Source of the DNA: the human T2T-CHM13v2.0 reference genome, Homo sapiens
Direction: 5' to 3' (one strand)
NCBI RefSeq assembly: GCF_009914755.1
Contig: NC_060926.1
Length of the DNA stretch: 64,000 bases
The notes under the pieces are model-generated. The model was not told the origin of the DNA. It worked only from the letters and a program-made list of their open reading frames with translations, and searched no databases. A program made the position numbers and the translations under genes. Of this stretch, positions 1 to 13,940 are shown piece after piece. Positions within the stretch are counted from its first letter, which is position 1. Each line of letters starts with the position of its first letter.

Positions 1-486
1 AAAACTTTTTAAAATTATATTTATTGGGATTTTATTTCTGGCTATAAAAGTAATACCCTGTTCTATAAAAAATTGGAATCTTTTAAGAAGTATAAAAATT
101 TTTAAATTCAGTGACAAACATTAGTAACAACTGGATTTATTTCTCTCACCTTCTTTCTATGGTTGCACACGTAAAGTGTTATGAATACTTTAGCCTTAAC
201 TATGCTCATAAATATATTTTTTATTATGTCTTCTACTTACTCAGGTTAAAGTCACAGAAGTGGGATTATTGGGTCTAAGGATATGAACCTTAGATTTCTA
301 ATATCTATTGACAAATTATCCTTCAGAATTTGTTTAAAAATATTATCCAAAGTAAATTGAGATATATTCAGGTCACCATCTCTTTGATAGCTTTGAATAC
401 AATGTGTGTGTTATCTTTATCAATTTGCTAGGTAAAGAATAAAATAACATTGTTTTAACTTCTCTATCATTGCTAATTTCGAACTA

Positions 487-809
487 TTGATTGATTGGTT
501 GATTGATTGATTTTTGAGATGGAGTCTCACTCTGTAGCCCAAGCTGGAGTGCAGTGGCGTGATCTCGGCTCACGGCAACCTCCACCTCCCGGGCTCAAGT
601 GATTCTCGTGCCTCAGCCTCCTGAGTAGCTGGGACTACAGGTGAGTGACATCATCCCTGTCTAATTTTTTTTTTTTTTTTTTTGTATTTTAGTAGAGACG
701 AGTTTCACCATGTTGGCCAGGCTGGTCTTGAACTTCTGAGCTCAGGCGATTGGCCCACCTTGGCCTCCCAAAGTGCTGTGATTACAGGCATGAGCAACCG
801 TGCCTGGTC
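487..809 (-). mobile_element. Full-length AluS (Sx/Sz-like) with (TCAA)n-converted tail
   Basis: Reverse-complement Alu dimer from tttttgagatggagtctcactc to cgtgcctggtc. Degenerate TSD gctaatttcgaacta (472-486) / gctagttttaaacta (811-825). Confidence 0.95.
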
Positions 810-879
810 AGCTAGTTTTAAACTAATAATTTATTATACTATTTATTTTATTCTGTTAATTTTTTCTTAAAATAATGTT

Positions 880-1010
880 TATATGTTTTCCTCTCCAATG
901 GAATTATAAATGCCTTGAAGTTAAGGCTTACATAATTCTTTCTATATTTTTACCTTAGTCTCTAGCACACTGCCATTAAAATTACATGCATCTTGATAAA
1001 TATTATTAAA
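880..1010 (+). mobile_element. L2 3' tail fragment
   Basis: gaattataaatgccttgaag...tctagcacactgcc...gataaatatt resembles the L2 3' terminus; highly diverged. Confidence 0.5.
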
Positions 1011-1579
1011 TCAATTTTGTAGATATAGTTGATCTTAAATGATTAGCTGTAGCACCAGAGAGGGGATTTCAGAGAGCTTCCAATATGGTAGAATAATATT
1101 TCTGTGGACATTAAAACCTCTTTCGACAAAGATTCTTTAAGGGTTTTTTTTTGTTTTCAATTTTAAAATGAGGATAACAATTGTAATACTAATTATAATT
1201 TTTAAAAAGTTATGTAAAGCAAACCAGATAATATGAGTGAGAAAATGATCTGGAAAAAGTCACCATAGCATAGAAATAAAATAATTGTATTCAAAAGATA
1301 GTGTTAATCATTGATCATATCCATTAATGAAAGGCTGTATGAAGATAACCTTTCTAATTTCAGTTTCTTCATCTTTCATTTATTATACTTTTACAAACTT
1401 TAAAGTCTATAATATTTGTCCCCAAGATTAATAATAAACTTCGTAAAAGGGAAAAATGCAACTGTTACTATGTATATGTTCTTGTTAAGTTTTGTTATTA
1501 TTCATTCCAGACAGAATTTGAATTGACAGTTTTCAATAATAAATCCAAAATACTGAGACATGTTAAGAAACGAAGCCCT

Positions 1580-2277
<698 letters not shown>

Positions 2278-2649
2278 TTACTTTTAACTTGAACTAAGCG
2301 CTTTGTAATAGACTACAAATAAAAGGAACAAAACTGACAGTTACAAAATTTAAAATCCCAAAAGTAAAAGGTGCTCAGGAAAAACAGTTGTTTCTGTTTC
2401 CTCTACCAACCCCTACTTCAACTGCAGCATTTAGGTCTCAGAGAAATTTTTACCCAGGACCATGATGCGAGACAATTTGTGAAACTGTAAAACAATATCC
2501 TTAATGGCAAACTTAATGGAAATTTTCATAACCTGAGCACATAAGGCTAAAAATATTCATAAATACAATTCTACGGGAAACTAAAGAAACAGTTTAAGTA
2601 GCCAGATTTTAAATTTGTTTGGACTTGGAGTAAAATTCAGATGATCTAA

Positions 2650-2806
2650 ACTAGTTCTAGACATTTTTCCAAGGGAAAAAAACCACTGGGCTTCTACTCT
2701 TCAAAGCCCAATTTAGTAGATATGGGTGAGCACCAGGAAACTGTGGTTTTTAAAAGCTCTCTGGGGAAGCCTGATGTACCTCTCCAGCTGAAAGCCACAG
2801 CTTTGG
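2650..2806. mobile_element. MER5-family (hAT-Charlie) fossil
   Basis: tttttaaaagctctctggggaagcctgatgtacc...tgaaagccacag resembles the MER5A/B terminus. Confidence 0.55.
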
Positions 2807-5774
2807 AGAAATGAATGAATTGTCAATCCTGAAGGAATCAATGAAGAATATTAACTTACAAAATTATAATTCCTGCTCTTCCTATTAGCCCAATGTCTTC
2901 TCCAACTAACACCAAATTCTTTAAGAGCAAGCTCTGTGTGATCACAAGGAACATATAAGGTAGATAAGTAGGGAGAAAAGGTGAGAGTCAAAATAGAAAG
3001 GGTGATAGAATAGACAAGAAAATATTGCTACAGAAAAACTGTTTGCTGGGACTTCTGTTATGCAGCCGAATACTGTGAGTGATGACAGGAGGTCATGCAA
3101 TCCAGGGAGTCAAATGAAAGTGAGCTTCATGAAAAACATGCTAAGACTGGGTACTTGGATATTCTCTGAGTACTTTGGAGAGAAGGAGGACAAAAAAGGG
3201 CTCACTTTGAGAAGGAGCCTCATCCGTGGGGCAGTCAAAGACTTCTCCAGAACAAAGCAGCTATCCAAAATGGTGGCTTTGCTGGTCCTCAGTATCTTCC
3301 CTAGGAGACAGGGCAGAGATTATTTATGGCCCTTCAGTGTCTAGCACAGAATTTAATCCTCAGTTCTGGATTAGCCTTTTCTACCTCTAACCCTAGACTC
3401 TGCTCAGAGAGACTGCTGAGCGTCTTACCGCTGCAGAGGTCGTTTAACTGAAAGATCCCAATAGAATTGATTTTGGCCCTTGACAGGACGTAGAGACTTC
3501 ACTCTTCATCCCAGGAACTCTTGAGCTATCTTTTCTTTTATCTCCCCTTTACCCAGTTTTTCTCCAGCCATCACAAGTCTAAAAGGGTGAGCAGAATTCC
3601 AGTGGTAGGAGGAATGAAAAGATTAGAGATCAATGGACATGTTGTATGACCTTAAAAAAAAAAAAGCCCTTTTATTTCTCTATGTGTCTTTTTTAATGGT
3701 CTATTAATCCTGAACTCTGGCAGTCTGCAGTATTTGTTGAAACTGTGTTTGTGTGTGTGAGTATGAGTGTCTGTGTGTAGGTAGGTAGATATGCACATGT
3801 AATTAAACTTTAACTTTAAAGATGCCATGAGTTCAGAAAGTGATAAAATTCCTAGTTTGGCAAATATTTCCCCATAATAATTTAATAGGCCAATACTAGA
3901 ATAGTCTGTATCTTATTTTCATATCTAATCCTATTTTATTTTCCAAACCATTAATAAACATCATCTCATTAATTCCAAAAATCATTAATCTCATTCCATG
4001 TTTTTCATATATGAAGAACTAAAATCTATCTTTTTTCCTCTCTTTAATTACACATGCAGATGTCTAGAATAACAACACTAGTGATAAATGTATAGTGAAC
4101 TCTATCCACTGGCAAGTAATTATATTTCTTTTGAAATAATGATAAATAAAGAGGAAGCTAAATGTGTACAGATACTGTATCAAAATAATAGAGTGCTTTC
4201 TAATACCCATTTCTTATTTGTGCATGATGATTTAACATGATGATTTGTGCATGATGATTTAACAAATGCAAATTCTGGCTCCAGGCGCCACAATGTTCAC
4301 AAAAGATACTTGTTTATAAACGTCACAGCAGCAGTTCATCTAGAGGCCGGGATTGGCAGCTGGTTGAATCATCATTTTCACATTTCATGAGATCTAAATA
4401 TCTAGGTCCAAGCTTGACCCAGAATTGTGAATGGCAATTTTCTGTTTTCTTATTCACTCTCCTCCAGTCCCAAAGTATATATACTATTTCTAGGGAGACC
4501 AAGTTCCCCTCAGCTGTATTAATGAGGTATTTGTGTCTTCACATTCTCCTAACATTTTCCCTTTGCTAAATCCTGGCTTGAGATACTCTCATTCTATTTT
4601 TAAACCCCCTACCCAAAGCCTGATCTTGATTTTTAAATATGATGAAATTTATGCAAAAGGAACTTCAAATATATCCATTAATTTTTTCAAATTGTGTGCA
4701 CTCTCATTGACCCAACATATATCAAGGCCTCCTACAAGAATTTTGTTTTACATTTGAATTAAGGCATATGCTCCTGTTCAGCTACAGTCCACATAAAAAC
4801 ACTGAGTGATATGTCTGATATCTGCATATCTGAAGAAAGAAAAATTTTGGGAAATGGAGAGATGCTCCCAAAAGCACAGAAAGGATGTAACAGCAACAGG
4901 TACACTTCCACTGCATTAAAAGGGGAGCTTGGCCACAAAGAACATTTGATATGACAGCCATATAGATAAAATGCTTTCAAAAAGTTTTATCCAACTGCAA
5001 GGTACTGCATTTATATAATTGCTGGACATTGTGAAATGTGTTTTCTCTCTCCCTAAATGCATCTTAATAAGCCATTACAGGTCTATTTTTGGTCTCAGTT
5101 GTCCTTTCCAATAGACCATCTGTTAGAAAGACAGTGTAGGAAGTGCAGGTTTGCAGAATGTGTTTGAGTAGCTTTGCCTCAGACAAGCCAAGTGACCTTG
5201 AGCCACTTAGTTTTTTGGTGAATTTTTTTTTTACTTTGCAAAACATCTAGAAAAGTGACTATGAGGATTGGTGTTGGTGGGAGAAAAACTGGTTGTTGAA
5301 ACATCTTTGTGGGGAGGTAGTGGATTAAGGGAAAGTCCCATCAGGGAAAAAAAAAATGGCTCCAAAGGGAACAAAATGTAAGTGCATCTCTGTATGCAAG
5401 GAGAGATAATGGCAAGATTGACAAGAGAGGTAAAACTGTTTTGTAGAAACATGATAAAATAATTAAATTCATTAAAATTGTTATGCTTCAAATGTTTCAG
5501 ATATTATGCTGAGTATTACATTCAAATGAGGAAGAATAATATATATCTAATTCGTTATGATGAATGCAACCCCATAAATGCTGTAGATGGAAGATTATTG
5601 AAGGATAGAGAAGGGAGCAATTTAATTTGCTGAAAGTTTTAAAGGTGGGTTGAAAAATCTCAGAAAAGATCCATGAAGAAGCTGGCATGAAGAAGATGGA
5701 TGTTGAGTGGAATTTTGATAGATAAATAAGTTGCGAAAGGGAATGACAGGGCGTTTAAAAAAAAAAAAAAAAAC

Positions 5775-5906
5775 AGGGATGCTACCGGCATCGTGTGGAT
5801 AGAGGCCAGGATTGCTGCTGAACTTCCTACCGTGCACAGGATAGTCTCCTATAACCAAGAATTATCCGTAACGAAATGTCAGTAGTGCTGAAGTTGAAAA
5901 ACTTCT
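5775..5906 (+). mobile_element. MER20 3' half (hAT-Charlie)
   Basis: gatgctaccggcatc...gaggccagg...tgcacagga...aagaattatcc...aaatgtcagtagtgctgaagttgaaaaacttctg matches the MER20 3' half. Confidence 0.9.
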
Positions 5907-5919
5907 GCTGTCAATTATG

Positions 5920-6800
5920 GGCTTCTAACCTAAGGGCATCACTAGTACGTTTTGAATGAGGGTTTTAAAAGATTATTCTGGCCACCATGTGGTAAACTGA
6001 CTTGAGTCAGAGAGAGGACAGGATAAGAGAAGACAATTAGAAGCAACAGCAGTAGTTTAAGTGATAGATAATGGTGGTTTGAACTATGACTGTGACAGTG
6101 GAGATGGAGAAAAGTTGACACAATCAGTATGTGTTCTGAAGGCTATGAACAGTGGGTGGCAACGGCTGTGAAGAGAGGAGTAAGGAAAGGGTGTGTGGAT
6201 CCATAGATTATGCAGCTAAGTGGATGGGAGAAGTTTGGAAACATACATAGGGAATAAAATTTCATTTGGGATATTTTATGTCTGAAATTTCTTTTAGATA
6301 GATAAGATACAGATTTCAAATGTTAGATACATGAGTCAGGAGTTCTGGAAAGAGATGTGGCATGGAGATAAAAACTGGAAGGCGATAGACAAAGACATAA
6401 TATTTGAATGTATGGAAATGAATGACATGAATTTAAGAAAGCATGAAGCTTTGGAAGAGGCCCACAATGTGAGCCCTACAAAATAGGGCTTCTCTGTCCC
6501 AACATTAGGCATTGGGAGAGAGAAAAACAGACAAAGGAGAAAGAACAATCACTGCTAGAGGAGAAAGAAAAAACACAGGAGGCTGTGGCTTCATGAAGCC
6601 CAAAGGCAATTAGTCTAAGAAAGGAGAAAATGGCTAGCTGCCCCAAATGCTCCGGGGAGCTAGGGACTACTAGGACTAAGAAGAGTCCATTGAACTTGGC
6701 AAGGAAGAGGTCATTGGTGACATATACATATATATTTTAAAAAGGAGGTTCAGTGCAAAATCCAGATCAGAATGGGTGGAAGAGTGAATGGAAGGTGTCA
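5920..6800 (-). mobile_element. L2 LINE fragment
   Basis: Purine-rich antisense L2 motifs (aaagattattctggc, gatggagaaaagt, ggactaagaagagtccattgaacttggcaaggaagaggtcattggtgac). Confidence 0.8.
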
Positions 6801-6842
6801 ATGGTGAATGTTACCTTATCCCTGTGATCCTGTGATCCTGTG

Positions 6843-6938
6843 ATCAAGCAGCAAAGGATACGAAATCCTCTCACCCTTTGTGTTCCAGAAATGGCTTACT
6901 GCAAAGAACCATCCTTTTCCATGAGACTAAGACAACAC
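6843..6938 (+). mobile_element. ERV1 LTR (MER67-like), 5' part
   Basis: aaatcctctcaccctttgtgttccagaaatggcttactgcaaagaacc; continues at about 8875. Confidence 0.7.
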
Positions 6939-7050
6939 TATGGTTTAACGTAATCCCACTTTTTATTTTTGCCTTTATTGTCTGGCCTTTTGAAGTTATA
7001 TCCAAAAAATCATTGCCCAGACCAATGTCATGGAGCTTTTCCCCTATGCC
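6939..7050 (-). mobile_element. Inverted 5' segment of the L1MA element
   Basis: Reverse complement (cataggggaaaagctccatgacattggtctgggcaatg...gggattacgttaaacca) is the L1 ORF2 sequence immediately preceding the sense segment that starts at ~7056. Confidence 0.85.
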
Positions 7051-7899
7051 TTATTAAAGCTACTTGCACAGCAAAGGAAAAAATCAACAGAATGACGAGA
7101 TAACCTACAGAATGGGAACAAATATTTGCAAACTATACATTTCATAAGTGGTTAACATCTAAAGTGTGTAAGGTACTCAAACAATCCAATAGCAAAAAAA
7201 ACACATAACTTGATTTTAAAATGGGCAAAATGAATAGACATTTCTTAAAAGAAGACATACAAATGGCCAACAGGTATATGAAAAATGCTCAACATCATTA
7301 ATCACCAGGGAAATGCAAATCGAAGCCACAATGAGATATCACTTCACTCCTGTTAAAATTGCTATTATCAAAAAGACAAAAGATAACAAATGTTGCAGAG
7401 GATGTGGGAAAAGGGGAACCCTTAGAGGCTGTTGGTAGAGATGTAAATTAGTACAGCCTTTATGGAAACCAGTATAAGGTTCTTCAAAATATTAAAAGTG
7501 AAAATACCATATGACCCAGCAATCCCACTGCTGAGTGTATACTCAAAGTTTATGTGTGTCCAAGAGATATATGTACTCCCATGTTTATTGCAGTACTATT
7601 TACAATAGTCAAGGTATGAAATCAACCTAAGTGTTCATCAGTGGATTAATGAATAAAGAAAATGTGGTATATATAACAATGGAATATTATTAAAGCATTA
7701 AAAAAGAATAAAATACTGATGTGTGTGACATGAATGGAAATGGAAGACATTATGTTAAGTGAAGTAAGCCAGGTCATTCATATGTGAAATCTAAAAAAGC
7801 TGATCTCATAGAGGTAGATAATACAATGGTGGCTACCAGAAGCAGGTTGTACATGATACATACATAAATTTTTATGTCAATTTTTTAAAATAAAAAAAT
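7051..7899 (+). mobile_element. L1MA 3' end (ORF2 end + 3'UTR, internally deleted)
   Basis: gcacagcaaagg...acagaatggg..., gaagacatacaaatggccaacagg, aaaaaagctgatctcatagaggtaga, A-rich end. Confidence 0.92.
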
Positions 7900-8175
7900 A
7901 TTTTTAAGTCTTAAAAACATTATTTTTTCAAATACAGTTTGTAAACCTTGATTGGATACTGCTTTAAATAAATCAACTGTAAAAGTATGTTCAGACTTGG
8001 GAAATGTGAACAAGTTAAATGATATTAAGAAATTATTATTAATTTAGTTCTGTGTAATATGCAGAATAAGTTATCTTTTATAGATATATACTGTAGTATT
8101 AGTGAGCAAAATGATATACTAATCTAAAACTTGCTTAAAGCCAACCCCAACACCCCTAACCCAAGTGATGGGATA

Positions 8176-8752
8176 CAGTAGTTCCCCCTTATCTAGGAGG
8201 CATAGGTTTCAAGACCCCCAGTGGATGCCTAAAACCATGGATAGTACTAAACTCTATATATACAATCAGTCCTCTATACGCAGAAAATTGGTTTCAGGAC
8301 CCCTGCATATACCGAAATCCACACATACTCAAGTCCTATAGTCTGCCCTGCTGAACTCACTTAGAGGAAAAGTCAGGCTCCACATATGTGTGTTTCACTC
8401 ATCCAGAGAATACTGTATTTTGAATTCGCATATAAGTGGATCCACACAGTTTAAACCCATGGTGTTCGAGGGTCAACTGTACTGCTTTTTTTTGATCTGG
8501 TAATCCAGATGGCTGTGAAGTAAATCACAGACAGGGAGCGTACAAAGCACACCTACACTGGACAAAAGGACAATTCGTGTCAGCAGGACAGGAAGAGACT
8601 TCATCACACTATTCAGAATGGCATACAACTTAAAGTTTATAAATTGTTCTGGAACTTTCCATTTAATATTTTTGGACAGGGGTTGACAGCAGGTAACTGA
8701 AACCAAAGAGAGCAAAACAGTGGATAAAAGGGGGATAAGGCGGGGACTACTG
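8176..8752 (-). mobile_element. MER44A (Tigger-derived MITE)
   Basis: Terminal inverted repeats cagtagttcccccttatc / gataaggcggggactactg, TA on both sides, MER44A internal sequence. Confidence 0.9.
8263..8479 (-). mobile_element. MER8 (Tigger-derived) nested in MER44A
   Basis: ...gcatataagtggatccacacagtttaaacccatggtgttcgagggtcaactg; TA duplication at 8261-8262 and 8480-8481. Confidence 0.85.
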
Positions 8753-8874
8753 TATATAAAACAAAATTAGCAAAAGTTGATAATTGAAGCTGAGTGATGA
8801 ATATATCACTATCTTTGTGTGTGGTATATTTTTAAATTGTCCACAATAAATTGTTTAAAATAAAAATAAAACAA

Positions 8875-9350
8875 CAGATTCACAGATATCTCCCTTATTT
8901 ATCTATTGACAAAGCCAAATATAGCTCCTCTAAATTCCCATTATTTGTCTCACAAATGATTAGTTGAACCACTAGTCCCTCTGATCAATCAGTACAAAAC
9001 ACTCATAAACCACACTTTGGTTAATATTCTCTCCTTTCCCCAGCTCTCTGGCCTTTGGTCCAACCTCAACCTGAGCCAATATGTGGTTCCTCCTTAAGGG
9101 CCACCCCAGGAAAATAGGATGGCCTCATGGTCATCTGATCATGCCACCCTTTCTTCCCACTTCCCTGTACCCAGTTCTTTCTAGCCTTTTTACTCCTTTC
9201 TGTAAAAGAAAAGTTATTTTTGCCTATGCCTTGAGTTGTTTGCAGGTCTTATGACCATGAGTTCTCTTTATTGCAATAATCTCCCTGGCCCTATTGCAAT
9301 AATGCTTCTGAATAAAGTCTCTACTTACTAAGTTTTTTTCTTTCTTATGT
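8875..9350 (+). mobile_element. ERV1 LTR (MER67-like), 3' part
   Basis: ctaaattcccatt...aaatgattagttgaac...ctattgcaataatgcttctgaataaagtctctacttactaag (LTR polyA region). Confidence 0.75.
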
Positions 9351-10011
9351 AATAAGGTGAGAAAATAGCATATGTAGGTAACTCTCAAAATCCCTTTCTG
9401 TGAAGTAGCATTTGAATGAAGATGCAAACCTGGGAGAATCTGGGTTGAAGAGGTGCTAAATTGAGCAGAAACCAGCAGGGTGGCAGAGCCTGGAAGAAAG
9501 GGACTAACGCATCCCCATCATCACAGACTCATATTGGGATTGGTAAGCAGAGGTGAGAGTGGATTGTGGAATAGATGAGAGCCAAGAACTTTTGCTTCTG
9601 TTTTCCTGCTGTCATTCAACAGCATTGAGGAAAAAATGGTGATATCTTACAGAAACCCAGCCAGGAGTTTGCCCAATCATGGCAGTCATGAGTAGCAGGA
9701 AGGAGGATACTATGCCAAGTTTAACCTGTCCTTGGCTCAGTGACATCTGGAAATCTGGCCAGACAGAAGTCCAGGCATACAGGGTTAGCCCACAGAGAGG
9801 CTGCCTCACCAGGCACAGGGAAAACACGGGGTGAAGACAACATTCCTTTTGGGGTGATCATATTGATGGATCTTTTGTTTATGATGTTGGGTGAGTCCAA
9901 GCCATTTGGTGACCAGTGAAAAAAACTAATGAATACTTACATGCATGGTTTATGAGCAAGTGCTAGAGCTACATAGACATAAAATCAATCAAAGGTGAAC
10001 AAAAACAAATA

Positions 10012-10027
10012 CACACACACACACACA
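10012..10027. repeat. (CA)n microsatellite
   Basis: Directly visible. Confidence 0.9.
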
Positions 10028-10199
10028 CCCCCTACGGCCTGCCTGCTTTGCTGGCCTCAAGTTCTATAAGACACTCCTGCTACTATATAAGCTTCTTCTT
10101 TTAAAGTCCACTGCTACAAGTTCACAATGGATCCTATTAGTTACAACAAAGAGTCCTAGATCATGCACAATTCCAACAGTCAAAAAACACTTAGACTCT

Positions 10200-10400
10200 G
10201 AACAACATTGCCTTGGCATTTCTAAAGCAAAACATACCAGAAATATGAAGAAATTGATGGGAACATAATTGTATTGGGAACTTCAATACTTGTTGCTCCA
10301 CGCTTGACTGATGAAGAACAAATAAATAAGGATATATGTTCCAAATACTAAAAATGATAAGGTACATTTGGGGAGATATATCATACTCTGTGCTCTACAC
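10200..10400 (+). mobile_element. Ancient L1 ORF2 endonuclease-region fossil, part 1
   Basis: ataattgtattgggaacttcaatact corresponds to the degraded IIVGDFNT motif. Confidence 0.6.
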
Positions 10401-10711
10401 AAGTCACTCTTCCATTAAACCTATTTTTAAGAGACTATTATATGTTGAAAATGTGCTATACAATGGGTTTTCTGAGGGACATAAATAAAGATGTTTCATT
10501 CATGGAGCTTCCAGCCTAGTAGAAAAGGTAGTTTTTGGACTTGTAACAAAGAAATATTCAACTATAAATTGGGTTAAGTGCTATAAAGGAATAGTATGGA
10601 GTGTGAGGAAATTGAATTTGGAGTGGGAGGGATAGATTCCCTTTAGGTCTGGAGGTCTGGGAAGGGCTTTCTGGAGACAGAGGCCTGTGGCAGGCAAAGG
10701 AGCCAGCCAGA

Positions 10712-11824
<1,113 letters not shown>

Positions 11825-12289
11825 CAGGCAAACACAGCAGAGACTGTTGCAGAAGGGAGACAGCATGTGCTGTGGGTCTGAGATGAAAAAGTGCTTGACA
11901 TATTCAAGGACCAAACAGAAGGCTATCGCCTCTATGGCTATATCTCAGTAAGCACAGGAAAAGGGGGCCTGTGATCAAGTGAAGGAGAAGAAAAGGGGCC
12001 CAATTTTGCAGTGTGTTTAGGTCTCGGTTCTGTCCTTAGAGCAGAAGCAAATGGAGAGCATTCAGCCTCCTGGGGGGGGATGCAAGCTGGTTGATTTATT
12101 TAAATCACCTGGCTGGCCAGTGGAGCATGGTTTGGAAAGGACCAAAGTAGTGGTGAGGGGGCAATTCTGGTGGCTGCTTAAAAGAGGTGGGGGCAGCAGA
12201 GGTGGAAACAAAGAGGCTGATGTGAAATATATTTTTGGTAGATTTGGCAGGTTTTGGTAATAAGTTGGATTTAAGTAGTATTGGAAAGG

Positions 12290-12780
12290 GAACAATTGTA
12301 AACACCTTTAAGAGAAATAAATATTTTATTGAAGACTTTATGGAGCACTTACAAAACTGTATCATATATCCAGTCACTAAAGAAAACTCAATAAATTATC
12401 CCAATCAGAAATGCACAAGCCATGGTCTCCGACTACTCAATAAAATAAAAATAAATCACCACATGAATATATCAATTCTAATACACCATACAATAAAAAC
12501 TTCATTCAGAGACAATATTATAAACATAAACGATTTCATTAATAAACCAAAAACAAGGAAAATAAATTAAATTATTCCTTGAATTCAAATTAAAAAAAGG
12601 ACAACATTCTAGAGAAAGTAAGAGAGGAATTAATAATATCCAGGAAAGAAATGTAGACTGGATAAATAATTGAAGAAACTGATTCTTTGAAAACAAAAAC
12701 TTAAAAAATAGACAGTTTTATAATGTCTAATCAAATGCAACAAAGAGAAAAGAGAACTACTAGAATTTACAATAACAAAT
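12290..12780 (+). mobile_element. Ancient L1 ORF2 endonuclease-region fossil, part 2
   Basis: ggagcacttacaaaactgtatcatatatccagtcac translates GALTKLYHISSH, similar to L1 GTFTKIDHILGH; A-rich L1-like continuation. Confidence 0.6.
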
Positions 12781-13040
12781 GCTGGTGGGATCTGATACCT
12801 GAAGGCAGACAGTTCTTAGAGAGAATGAACTTTGGATCATACAGAATTCTGTTTTATTTCTTGCCAGGTGGTCCACATTAGGAATTCCTAGCATTGATTT
12901 CAGGCAGAGACCTCAGTTAGACTTGCAGAGATATTTTATACAATACTTCTGGGAGTTTAAGAGGAATCCAGCATATTATTAATATTTATTTTACAATACC
13001 TTATCTCTTAGGATGAAGAGGGGGGTGGAAGGATGGGATA

Positions 13041-13367
13041 TTCTATGGACTGCATGTTCCTGTACTCCCAAAATTCATATATTGAAACCCTAGCCCCAGT
13101 AGTATATTTGGAGGTGGAGACTTTGGGAGATAATTAGGTCATGAGCCCCATGATGAGGTTAGTGTGCTTATAAGAAGAGCACTAGCCCACTCTCTTTCCA
13201 CCTCCATGATGTGAGGATACAACCTCACAAGAGGGTCTTCACTGGAATCCAACCATGCTGGCACACTGATCTTGGGCTTCCAGCCTCCAGAACTATGGAA
13301 ACAAATTTCTGTTGTTTATAAGCTCCCCAGCCTATGGTACTTTGTTACAGTGGCCCAAACTAAAACA
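13041..13367 (+). mobile_element. MLT1A/MLT1A0 solo LTR (MaLR)
   Basis: ctatggactg...caaaattcatatattgaaaccct...ccatgctggcacactgatcttgggcttccagcctccagaact...ctatggtactttgttacag. Confidence 0.88.
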
Positions 13368-13389
13368 GGCATCATCATCGTGATCAGAG

Positions 13390-13525
13390 CTTATACTTAC
13401 TGATTCTCACTGATGGCTTGCTATGTGTGGAACACATTAAGGGCTCTACAGGTATCATGTCATTTAATCTTCGCTATGACACTGCAACATATATCTTGTT
13501 ATCCCCACTTTAACAAATGAGGAAA
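13390..13525 (-). mobile_element. MIR
   Basis: tcatttaatcttc...ttatccccactttaacaaatgaggaaa core. Confidence 0.75.
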
Positions 13526-13539
13526 ATAATATTTTTGTG

Positions 13540-13940
13540 TTAGAAAGTATAAAAGAAATTTTAATAAACACTGAAGCAAACTGTGTTTTCGAATAAGATC
13601 ATTGTAAGTAGTGATAATGTCAGTTCTCCCTCAAATTGATGCACAGGTCTAATAAAATTTCAATCAAAATCCTAATAGTATCTTTTAATCATAGGAAATT
13701 TACATTTTATACCGAAAAATAATGAGTGAATACAGCCAAGAATTTTTTTAATAAAAGAAAAACTAAAAGTATTTTTTCTCTAAAAAATATCAAATCAAGC
13801 CTGAAAGCCACCGAAAACCTAACGCAGGAAGAAAATACTCTGGGATAAATGAGATGTTAGCGTATAATAAAGGAGTTACTTCAAATCAATGTGAAAATGA
13901 TGAATTGTTTAAAAATGGTGCTGGGGCAATTAGTTTTATG
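13540..13940 (+). mobile_element. Ancient L1 (L1ME-like) ORF2 fragment
   Basis: atgtcagttctccctcaaattgat...caatcaaaatcctaatag; aaatggtgctggggcaattag. Confidence 0.65.

Larger units (their letters stand above)
7930..8870 (+). mobile_element. Ancient L1MC/L1ME-type 3' end, interrupted by MER44A
   Basis: cttgattggatactg...gatattaagaaattattattaattt...aaaatgatata, resuming after 8754 with ttgataattgaagctgagtgatg...cacaataaa. Confidence 0.7.

Noticed and set aside
4224-4260. Repeated ATGATGA resembling snoRNA C boxes
   Set aside because: Explained by the local duplication; no suitably placed D box with a terminal stem was seen.
8143-8163. Telomere-like aacccc/ccctaaccc
   Set aside because: Only about one exact unit; too short to be an interstitial telomeric repeat.
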